UHGV virus genome: UHGV-0369329 | Direction: 5' to 3' (one strand) | Source: a virus | Length of the DNA stretch: 23,752 bases | Notes under the pieces: model-generated | Database searches by the model: none | What the model saw: the letters and a program-made list of their open reading frames with translations, nothing else | Told to the model about the DNA's origin: nothing | Made by a program: the position numbers and the translations under genes | Shown here: positions 1 to 6,110 of the stretch, piece after piece | Position numbering within the stretch: position 1 is the stretch's first letter | Layout: the number at the start of each line of letters is the position of its first letter

Positions 1-24
1 TAGCGGGTATACTCATGCCGCATT

Positions 25-99
25 GTCCTCTTAGTTAAATGGATATAACGAGCCCCTCCTAAGGGCTAATTGCAGGTTCGATTCCTGCAGGGGACACCA
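25..99 (+). tRNA. argW: tRNA-Arg, anticodon CCU, 75 nt with encoded CCA (argW-type)
   Basis: Cloverleaf readable directly: acceptor GTCCTCT/AGGGGAC, D-stem GTTA/TAAC, anticodon stem AGCCC/GGGCT with loop CTCCTAA (anticodon CCT), T-arm GCAGG-TTCGATT-CCTGC, discriminator A, CCA at 97-99. Sequence matches my recollection of E. coli argW. Confidence 0.9.
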
Positions 100-194
100 T
101 TTATCAGTTCGCTCCCATCCGTACTAGTCCGCAAAATCCCCTGCATATCAAGCCTTCCATAGATTCACAGTTCGTAATGGTTCGCGTCAGATCG

Positions 195-224
195 TTGACA
201 GCCGCACACCATGACGGGTAAAAA
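195..224 (+). promoter_or_regulatory. Candidate sigma70 promoter for int (TTGACA at 195-200, weak -10 TAAAAA at 219-224)
   Basis: Perfect -35 hexamer; the -10 is only a 4/6 match at 18 bp spacing. Position is appropriate, upstream of the int ATG at 261. Confidence 0.3.
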
Positions 225-260
225 GTGGATAAAATAATTTTACCCACCGGATTTTTACCC

Positions 261-1418
261 ATGCTCACCGTTAAGCAGATTGAAGCAGCAAAGCCGAAAG
301 AAAAACCATACCGCCTTCTCGATGGTAATGGCCTGTACCTTTATGTTCCTGTATCCGGGAAAAAGGTATGGCAGCTTCGCTACAAGATTGACGGTAAGGA
401 AAAAATACTGACCGTCGGAAAATATCCGCTTATGACTTTGCAGGAGGCAAGGGATAAAGCATGGACCGCGAGGAAAGACATCTCGGTTGGCATCGATCCG
501 GTAAAAGCGAAAAAGGCTTCGTCTAATAACAATTCCTTTAGCGCCATTTACAAGGAATGGTACGAGCACAAGAAGCAAGTATGGTCAGTAGGGTATGCGA
601 CTGAACTTGCCAAAATGTTTGATGACGACATTTTACCCATCATCGGCGGCCTTGAGATTCAGGATATTGAGCCGATGCAACTGCTGGAAGTAATCCGCAG
701 ATTTGAAGATCGCGGTGCAATGGAGCGAGCCAACAAAGCCCGCAGAAGATGCGGCGAGGTTTTCCGTTACGCTATTGTCACCGGAAGGGCTAAATATAAC
801 CCAGCACCTGACCTTGCTGACGCCATGAAAGGATACCGCAAGAAGAACTTCCCGTTTCTTCCAGCAGACCAGATCCCTGCATTCAACAAAGCACTGGCAA
901 CATTTTCAGGAAGCATCGTATCGCTCATTGCGACCAAAGTTTTACGCTACACAGCCCTAAGAACGAAAGAGCTTCGTTCCATGCAATGGAAGAACGTCGA
1001 TTTTGAAAACAGGATTATCACTATCGACGCCAGTGTGATGAAGGGCCGCAAGATTCATGTTGTTCCTATGTCAGACCAGGTGGTTGAACTTCTCACTACG
1101 CTAAGCTCCATCACTAAACCAGTATCAGAGTTTGTTTTTGCCGGGCGCAACGATAAGAAGAAGCCAATCTGCGAGAACGCGGTATTGCTTGTGATCAAAC
1201 AAATCGGCTATGAGGGTCTGGAAAGCGGTCACGGATTCAGGCATGAATTCAGCACGATTATGAACGAGCACGAATGGCCTGCCGACGCCATTGAAGTGCA
1301 ACTGGCACATGCCAACGGCGGTTCTGTGCGCGGGATTTACAACCATGCTCAGTATCTCGATAAGCGCAGAGAAATGATGCAGTGGTGGGCGGACTGGCTT
1401 GATGAGAAGGTGGAGTGA
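261..1418 (+). CDS. intS: Tyrosine recombinase/integrase, P4-family with N-terminal DUF4102-type arm domain; IntS-like, 385 aa
   Basis: ORF track 225..1418 begins at a GTG; the in-frame ATG at 261 (MLTVKQIEAAKPKEKPYRLLDGNGLYLYV) gives 385 aa, matching the IntS N-terminus as I recall it. Catalytic signature present (HGFRHEF, VRGIYNHAQY). Lies directly downstream of the tRNA, co-directional. Confidence 0.9.
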   Translation: MLTVKQIEAAKPKEKPYRLLDGNGLYLYVPVSGKKVWQLRYKIDGKEKILTVGKYPLMTLQEARDKAWTARKDISVGIDPVKAKKASSNNNSFSAIYKEWYEHKKQVWSVGYATELAKMFDDDILPIIGGLEIQDIEPMQLLEVIRRFEDRGAMERANKARRRCGEVFRYAIVTGRAKYNPAPDLADAMKGYRKKNFPFLPADQIPAFNKALATFSGSIVSLIATKVLRYTALRTKELRSMQWKNVDFENRIITIDASVMKGRKIHVVPMSDQVVELLTTLSSITKPVSEFVFAGRNDKKKPICENAVLLVIKQIGYEGLESGHGFRHEFSTIMNEHEWPADAIEVQLAHANGGSVRGIYNHAQYLDKRREMMQWWADWLDEKVE

Positions 1419-1442
1419 ACCACCTTAACCACTATCGAAGAG

Positions 1443-1476
1443 CACAAAGCATTGCAATCAAGTGCAAAGCTTTGTG
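1443..1476. terminator. Stem-loop between convergent int and tailspike genes (14-bp stem with one mismatch, 6-nt loop)
   Basis: CACAAAGCATTGCA-atcaag-TGCAAAGCTTTGTG. No clean U-run on either side, so the terminator role is inferred from position only. Confidence 0.4.
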
Positions 1477-1498
1477 TCTAACACTTATTTAAACAACA

Positions 1499-3496
1499 TT
1501 ATATTGCAGATATTATAAAACATAATAATTCTTCATATCTTATTCCATATCGCTCACCCCCTTCTATAGATATTCTGCGTTCTCCAGTATCATATTCAAT
1601 TAATTTTTCATCACCGGATTCTTCATCAAAAATTATCTTTTTAGCAATTACTGGTTCGTATTCAGTTTCCCATTTATCATAGCAAAAAAGACCATAGTCG
1701 TTTGCATCAAGCCCTTCTTCAGCAAATGCTTTATATACATCTTGGGCAATAATGCCAAAATGTAATCTAGCATTTTCTCCTTTTTCAATTACTGAATCTA
1801 TAAATCTAAAACAACAAACCAAACCCTTTATTTTATATGCAACACGTCTCTCTGCATCAGTAATCGGTCTTTTATCAGTCTTAACTCGACCATCCGATGT
1901 GTTAATCGTTGAAGTGCCAGCAAATATTGTATTCCACCTTCTGGATGCTGAACCGCAATTTCTAGCGTTATCTGTTGCTGGTTGTACCGACGCATCAAAA
2001 CGAGCATAATTATTCTCATCAGAAACAGGTCCCATCAATCCACTCAAAAAAGGGAGCCCGCTCTGATTAGCAATTATTAATTGGTTGTCACCTGAAGAAA
2101 TTGCCGAACCGGCATTGGTTCCGATAAATATATTACCTGTTCCAGAGCTTAACGATCTACCAGATCTATATCCAAGCATTACATTGTTACTTGCCGAACC
2201 AATAGAATTAAGTGAGTCGGCTCCTACTGCGACATTATTCATCCCTGTAGATGTGCCTGTATAAGGGTTATCTATAGAAGAAATCCCTCTTCCTGATCCG
2301 CTACCAATATATGTATTGTTATCTCCATTTGTAATCTCCCTTCCGGATGCATTGCCTATAAATGTGTTATTATTTAGAATGTTATAAGACAACCTTTTGC
2401 CTGATTGGTCTGTAACAATTCCAGCTCGCATTCCAGCCGCTCGACCTATTGCAACATTACCACTACCAGTATGAAGTTGTTGTAATGCACTTGATCCTAC
2501 TGCAACATTAAAATTTCCTTCTTTATTTTCATTTAGGGCATCGCGCCCAATTCCAATTATGTTACTAGCTGTGGTTGATTTTTTGCACGCATTCACACCA
2601 ATTGCTACAATCTCAGTGCCAGTGCATGGCGATGTATCTGTGAGATCGTCTTGAAGGGTATCACCTGATAATACACCTGTCCCAATTGCTGTAATGTTAT
2701 TGCCCGTGCTAATGTTTCTTCCTGCACTTGGTCCAATCGCAACAACTTGCCCGGATATATCATTTCCATTATATATCTTGCCAGCATCAAAACCAAAAAA
2801 AACATTTCCAATTGTCTGAGCAGGATTTGCAAATGGAATAGGTTCGTCTCCTTTACTTTGTATTATTTTACCAGGGCCATAAAATTTTCCATTAATATAG
2901 TTCTCAATTAAATAAGTACCTTGTGGAACATAAACACCGTCAGGTGAAACTGAAGATGCATAGGAAAATATATGTGTTGCGTCAATATTGCCATTAACAA
3001 TGTCGCTAACATCTTCATGTTTTACAAAATCAAGAATACTAATATTCTCTGCATTTTTATCATGCTGTGTTCGTTTTGTAGAATTAATTAAAGGTTGTTT
3101 TACTGTGATTAATGAATCACCAAGCCCATCATCTGAACTTAAAAGTTCTTGCCTTAACTGATCCGGGTCATACTTCAGCACATTAGGAAAATAAAACTGC
3201 TGCGCACCATATGCATCATAAACAGCCATAGAATGGCCTTGCACAGTTACGAACTTGGCAATCTGTCCGTTATATACCGGATATCCGGCAGCGTTAATGA
3301 TTATTGGTTGCGAAACAGGAATGTGAGAACCGTCTTCGTTCTCTACATAAACCTGAATCTGGTTTTCAGGATTTACCGGGTCAGTGTCAATTTTACCGAT
3401 ATAAATTTTGCCATTGGCTACGGCTTTAAAAGAACGCGCCATAGTGAAGAGTTGCGAAGGCATACTCACTACAACATTGGCTGTAATGTCTGTCAT
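1499..3496 (-). CDS. Tailspike/tail fibre: P22 gp9-like N-terminal head-binding domain, glycine-rich repeat fibre, C-terminal intramolecular chaperone (S74-type) domain
   Basis: N-terminus [43 protein letters not shown]...VLKYDPDQ matches the P22 tailspike head-binding domain. The middle has many G-x-x-A/N-rich repeats. The C-terminus has the TSDGRVK autoproteolysis-type motif followed by a chaperone-like domain. GGAG RBS lies 8 nt upstream of the ATG at 3496. Confidence 0.85.
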   Translation of the reverse strand: MTDITANVVVSMPSQLFTMARSFKAVANGKIYIGKIDTDPVNPENQIQVYVENEDGSHIPVSQPIIINAAGYPVYNGQIAKFVTVQGHSMAVYDAYGAQQFYFPNVLKYDPDQLRQELLSSDDGLGDSLITVKQPLINSTKRTQHDKNAENISILDFVKHEDVSDIVNGNIDATHIFSYASSVSPDGVYVPQGTYLIENYINGKFYGPGKIIQSKGDEPIPFANPAQTIGNVFFGFDAGKIYNGNDISGQVVAIGPSAGRNISTGNNITAIGTGVLSGDTLQDDLTDTSPCTGTEIVAIGVNACKKSTTASNIIGIGRDALNENKEGNFNVAVGSSALQQLHTGSGNVAIGRAAGMRAGIVTDQSGKRLSYNILNNNTFIGNASGREITNGDNNTYIGSGSGRGISSIDNPYTGTSTGMNNVAVGADSLNSIGSASNNVMLGYRSGRSLSSGTGNIFIGTNAGSAISSGDNQLIIANQSGLPFLSGLMGPVSDENNYARFDASVQPATDNARNCGSASRRWNTIFAGTSTINTSDGRVKTDKRPITDAERRVAYKIKGLVCCFRFIDSVIEKGENARLHFGIIAQDVYKAFAEEGLDANDYGLFCYDKWETEYEPVIAKKIIFDEESGDEKLIEYDTGERRISIEGGERYGIRYEELLCFIISAI

Positions 3497-3628
3497 TTAA
3501 TTTGCTCCAGATACAAGGAATCGCCGCAGCATGGCTACGGTTGGCATTTGTTACATACCGAAACGGTACGATTGTTGATTTGTACAGTGGGTTTTACGAT
3601 GCCATTCCACCCATTTGGTGAGACATTG

Positions 3629-3886
3629 ATGATGTACAGCAAATACGATGAGGCGCAGTTCCACTTGAGGCTTACACACGAGTTGCACGCTAAGATTAAG
3701 CAGCGTGCAAAAATGAATAACAGGTCTATCAATTCCGAAATTGTGGCTACGATGGAAGAATCACTCTCCAAACCATCACCTGTAAGCGGGTATCGTGATG
3801 AAGAAGAGAGGCTGGCCTCATTAATCTCGGAACGAGTAAAAGAAGTTGCGGCTGAAATTCTAAGGAAAGAAAAAACCCGCGATTAA
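3629..3886 (+). CDS. Mnt-like ribbon-helix-helix repressor, 85 aa
   Basis: C-terminal part of track ORF 3233..3886. FHLRLTHELHAKIKQRAKMNNRSINSEIV...SKPSPVSGYRDEEERLASL aligns along its whole length with P22 Mnt as I recall it (FNFRMPMEVREKLKFRAEANGRSMNSELL...SKPSPVTGYRNDAERLADE). The 5' part of the track ORF is antisense to the tailspike gene. Confidence 0.75.
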   Translation: MMYSKYDEAQFHLRLTHELHAKIKQRAKMNNRSINSEIVATMEESLSKPSPVSGYRDEEERLASLISERVKEVAAEILRKEKTRD

Positions 3887-3900
3887 GCGGGTTTAGTTTT
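3873..3900. terminator. Bidirectional intrinsic terminator between convergent Mnt-like gene and antirepressor-type gene
   Basis: AAACCCGC-gattaa-GCGGGTTT, followed by AGTTTT on plus and by TTTCTTT on minus. The TAA stop of the Mnt-like gene (3884-3886) sits in the loop. Confidence 0.65.
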
Positions 3901-3912
3901 CATTATAAAATG

Positions 3913-4641
3913 TTACGCCACATTTGAGCCATGTAGCAGGTGTTGTAGTGCTTTAACGCCTTCAGAATTGTAACGGAACGCCTCTACCTGTTTGCTGGAA
4001 TGCGCCGATTTATCTAGGAAGAACTTCCCGTACTGCTCAGTTTTGAGGTTGTTTGCGTTAGCAATGCGACCAATCTTGTTGGCCGTTACTCCAAGCTGCT
4101 CTGCAACCTCCCCTGCTGAGTAGTAATGCTCTTCTATTGCCGGAAGAGGTATTGCATTAAAACCAACGAGCGGGTTGATTATACTTGCTGCCGCTGTCTG
4201 CTTTGCCTCAGGCGCAAGATTTGGCATCAGATCGAACAGATTGGTAACAGCTTCAACCGTCATTTTCAATGTTCTCGCTTGACGATACTCAACAAGTCCA
4301 CTCGCTGATTTACCGCTTTTAATGTGCGCTTCTTGCATACTTTCAAGTTGGTCTACCAGTGAGCGGCGAACGGCTTTTGACTCGCGAGCGGCAACTCGCA
4401 ATGCTTGCTTGATTGACATCTCAATGATAACCATCGAAGTTTTGTTCGCTTTTTGCACTACACTTTTTGTGTAGTGCTCTCCATCCAATTCATCTTCAAT
4501 TTTCTCGATGAATTTGTTATTACGAACCTCCGGCTCACCGCACTGTCTACGAGCCTGATTTACCATCTCAAGCAGGCGCTGGCTGTCAATGGTTTTATCC
4601 GTGACAACGGATCCGATGTTTGCTACATTCTTAAAAGTCAT
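3913..4641 (-). CDS. Antirepressor-type protein with C-terminal KilAC/ANT-like segment, 242 aa
   Basis: Start moved to the ATG at 4641 (MTFKNVANIG...), which has an AAGGAA RBS 6 nt upstream; the track ORF starts 17 codons earlier without an RBS. C-terminal YSAGEVAEQLGVTANKIGRIANANNLKTEQYGKFF resembles the KilAC/ANT domain of phage antirepressors. Family assignment is from memory. Confidence 0.55.
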   Translation of the reverse strand: MTFKNVANIGSVVTDKTIDSQRLLEMVNQARRQCGEPEVRNNKFIEKIEDELDGEHYTKSVVQKANKTSMVIIEMSIKQALRVAARESKAVRRSLVDQLESMQEAHIKSGKSASGLVEYRQARTLKMTVEAVTNLFDLMPNLAPEAKQTAAASIINPLVGFNAIPLPAIEEHYYSAGEVAEQLGVTANKIGRIANANNLKTEQYGKFFLDKSAHSSKQVEAFRYNSEGVKALQHLLHGSNVA

Positions 4642-4710
4642 TAGGCATTCCTTATGTGGTAGTAAGGGTGTGACATAGGCCGCCAGCAGCACACTGGCGG
4701 TTTTCTTTTT
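4636..4710 (+). ncRNA. Candidate sar-like antisense RNA, about 75 nt, opposite the RBS and start of the 3913..4641 gene
   Basis: Extended -10 TGcTACATT at 4621-4629 (possible -35 GTGACA at 4601-4606, 17-bp spacer). Intrinsic terminator CCGCCAG-cagcaca-CTGGCGG at 4680-4700 followed by TTTTCTTTTT at 4701-4710. The transcript would be complementary to the AAGGAA RBS (4648-4653) and ATG (4639-4641) of the minus-strand gene. No credible plus-strand CDS here. Confidence 0.45.
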
Positions 4711-4729
4711 GCGCCGTCCGGCGCACCAA

Positions 4730-5356
4730 TCAATGAATCCATTCCTCGCCGCGCAGTTTTGCCAGCATTGGCTGAGCGTTCTTTACGACAAAATTGTTGG
4801 TATCAAGATTCTTCATTTCACGAAGAAGTGATTTCTTGGTTTCTTCTGACATATAGCGAGTCTCATATGCGATATCGTAAATCCTTCCTGAAAGCTCAGA
4901 ACAAATTTGCTTCATTCCTGGGTAGATGTGTTTGCACATTTGTTGACTCTTCTCCATCCACAATTGTAAGTAGCAGAGATTAACCAGTTCTTCGTCAGTA
5001 AACTGTTTTGCAATCGGTGAGCATTCTGCCTGCCGATCCAAAATATCCAGCACCCAGCGGCGGAACTCTTTGGCTACCGGAGTGCGAGCAAACATCGCGA
5101 TTAGGTGGGCACCGCGTAGTGAGAAAACTCGCACTTTTTTGCGATAATTTCCTGAGGTACTCACTTCGAGTACCTGAGTCATTCCGGCGCTAAACTCATC
5201 GCTATACTTGTTATAAATCATTGTTACTGCACGACTATTTGCGTATTTAAGTGCAGATGCAATATTAGATGATGTAAACCAAACACCATGCATATCACGG
5301 GTGGGCACCAACTCAACTCCGTGGAAGTTGTAATCTGATTTTGCTACAATATTCAT
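4730..5356 (-). CDS. Antirepressor (Ant-like) with Bro-N/AntA-type N-terminal domain, 208 aa
   Basis: Start moved to the ATG at 5356 (MNIVAKSDYNFHGVELVP...) with an AAGGAA RBS. HGVWFTSSNIASALKYANSRAVTMI...VRVFSLRGAHLIAMFARTPVAKEFRRWVLDIL fits the Bro-N/antirepressor N-terminal pattern. Sits downstream of the Arc-like gene as in P22 arc-ant. Confidence 0.6.
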   Translation of the reverse strand: MNIVAKSDYNFHGVELVPTRDMHGVWFTSSNIASALKYANSRAVTMIYNKYSDEFSAGMTQVLEVSTSGNYRKKVRVFSLRGAHLIAMFARTPVAKEFRRWVLDILDRQAECSPIAKQFTDEELVNLCYLQLWMEKSQQMCKHIYPGMKQICSELSGRIYDIAYETRYMSEETKKSLLREMKNLDTNNFVVKNAQPMLAKLRGEEWIH

Positions 5357-5431
5357 GTTAGTTTCCTTGCATACGGTTACTGACATAGAAGCCCGACTCG
5401 TGTTCGCGCACTGTCGGGCTTCGCTATTTTT
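5357..5431 (+). ncRNA. Candidate sar-like antisense RNA, about 75 nt, opposite the ant RBS, terminating at the 3' end of the arc-like gene
   Basis: Extended -10 TGcTACAAT at 5342-5350. Terminator hairpin GAAGCCCGAC...GTCGGGCTTC (5388-5422) followed by TATTTTT (5425-5431). The transcript would cover the complement of the ant RBS (5364-5369). Same architecture as P22 sar (promoter near the ant start, terminator at the arc end). Confidence 0.5.
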
Positions 5432-5597
5432 ATGTCCTAGCATTCTTCTCTCCAATCAGTCCGTACACTTTTCTCAATTGATAAATAAGTTCCGTGTTGA
5501 ACTGTCGACACTCTTTTTCTCCATTTCTTTCAATCGCCTTCCTTACATCCTCTGGGAAACGAACCTTGCGTTGATACATGTCTTTTGCTTTTTCCAT
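5430..5597 (-). CDS. Arc-like small ribbon-helix-helix protein, 55 aa; below the length cutoff of the ORF track
   Basis: Hand-translated codon by codon: MEKAKDMYQRKVRFPEDVRKAIERNGEKECRQFNTELIYQLRKVYGLIGEKNART. Strong RBS AAGGAG 5 nt before the ATG at 5597. A beta-strand-like QRKVRFPEDV followed by helix is RHH-like, though the NG...E motif is less canonical than in Arc. Position is upstream of ant and divergent from the Mnt-like gene, as for P22 arc. Confidence 0.5.
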   Translation of the reverse strand: MEKAKDMYQRKVRFPEDVRKAIERNGEKECRQFNTELIYQLRKVYGLIGEKNART

Positions 5598-5720
5598 CTC
5601 CACTCCTTAAATAGCCCCACTGTGGGGCAATCGAAATTGTCACACCGTGCGTCATTGAAGTCAACCCCACCGTGGGGCATAATTTACTTATTGTGAATTT
5701 TTCCTGTTTGGACTAATGGT
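5598..5720. promoter_or_regulatory. Divergent promoter/operator region (Pant-like leftward, Pmnt-like rightward) with twin palindromic operators
   Basis: Palindrome 1 GCCCCACtGTGGGGC at 5614-5628; palindrome 2 CCCCACcGTGGGG at 5665-5677. Plus-strand promoter TTGAAG (5655-5660), 17-bp spacer, CATAAT (5678-5683), with palindrome 2 in the spacer. Minus-strand promoter TTGACT (complement of 5659-5664), 17-bp spacer, GACAAT (complement of 5636-5641), with palindrome 1 over the predicted start/leader. The two -35 hexamers overlap. Confidence 0.6.
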
Positions 5721-6095
5721 ATGAGTAGAGAAGACCCTCAACTTCGGATTAGGCTTCCTGTTGAATTAAAAAAAATAATTGAAGCGTCATCAAAACAAAA
5801 TAATCGTTCTATGAATGCTGAGATTGTCACTCTGCTTGAGTTGGCGATTCGTGTTTGTCGTGATTTTGGGCCGGAGGATGGTCCTATCGTTCAGCAGTTT
5901 AAAGAACAACTAGATGCGATAAACAGAAAATATGATAAAATCGAGCATGAAAAACTTATACCTCAACTTTTAGAAATCATAGAAAAACAGAAAAAACAAG
6001 TAGATAAACTTATTAGCATGGTTGAAAGATCAATTCCTCTTTCAGAGGAATATAAGCAGAAATATCTTGGTGATGACAACAAAAAACCCACCTGA
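5721..6095 (+). CDS. Mnt-like RHH repressor with extended coiled-coil-like C-terminus, 124 aa; positional equivalent of P22 mnt
   Basis: N-terminus MSREDPQLRIRLPVELKKIIEASSKQNNRSMNAEIV matches the Mnt N-terminus (MARDDPHFNFRMPMEVREKLKFRAEANGRSMNSELL as I recall). Divergent from the arc-like gene with the operator region between. Confidence 0.7.
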   Translation: MSREDPQLRIRLPVELKKIIEASSKQNNRSMNAEIVTLLELAIRVCRDFGPEDGPIVQQFKEQLDAINRKYDKIEHEKLIPQLLEIIEKQKKQVDKLISMVERSIPLSEEYKQKYLGDDNKKPT

Positions 6096-6105
6096 CGGTG
6101 GGTTT
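6084..6105. terminator. Bidirectional intrinsic terminator between convergent Mnt-like gene and the 322-aa gene
   Basis: AAACCCACC-tgac-GGTGGGTTT; on the minus strand followed by TTTTTTGTT. The TGA stop of the Mnt-like gene (6093-6095) lies in the loop. Confidence 0.6.
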
Positions 6106-6110
6106 CATAA

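Noticed and set aside
105-194. Three CAGTTCG/CAGATCG heptamers between the tRNA and int as integrase arm-type sites
   Set aside because: A 7-mer with one mismatch, irregularly spaced, is too weak to separate from chance without the cognate attR region for comparison.
225-260. GTG start at 225 for the integrase (397 aa)
   Set aside because: The in-frame ATG at 261 gives 385 aa beginning MLTVKQ, matching the IntS N-terminus as I recall it; the upstream extension MDKIILPTGFLP is not integrase-like.
1900-2800. Glycine-rich periodicity in the tailspike as a possible DNA tandem repeat or CRISPR-like array
   Set aside because: The repetition is at protein-motif level with divergent nucleotide sequence; no direct DNA repeats with regular spacers were seen anywhere in the window.
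1499-3150. Possibility that the tailspike is an endosialidase like that of the K1-specific argW prophage CUS-3
   Set aside because: The protein is only 665 aa and its central part is a G/N-rich repeat fibre rather than a large beta-propeller catalytic domain. Only the N-terminal adaptor and C-terminal chaperone are shared features.
3233-3886. 217-aa ORF from the track on the plus strand
   Set aside because: Only the last 85 codons (from ATG 3629) are a credible gene (Mnt-like). The 5' two-thirds is antisense to the well-supported tailspike gene and has no homology signal.
5355-5696. 113-aa plus-strand ORF across the arc/operator region
   Set aside because: Antisense to the RBS-supported Arc-like ORF and to the divergent promoter region; no RBS; leucine/serine-rich translation typical of a spurious frame.
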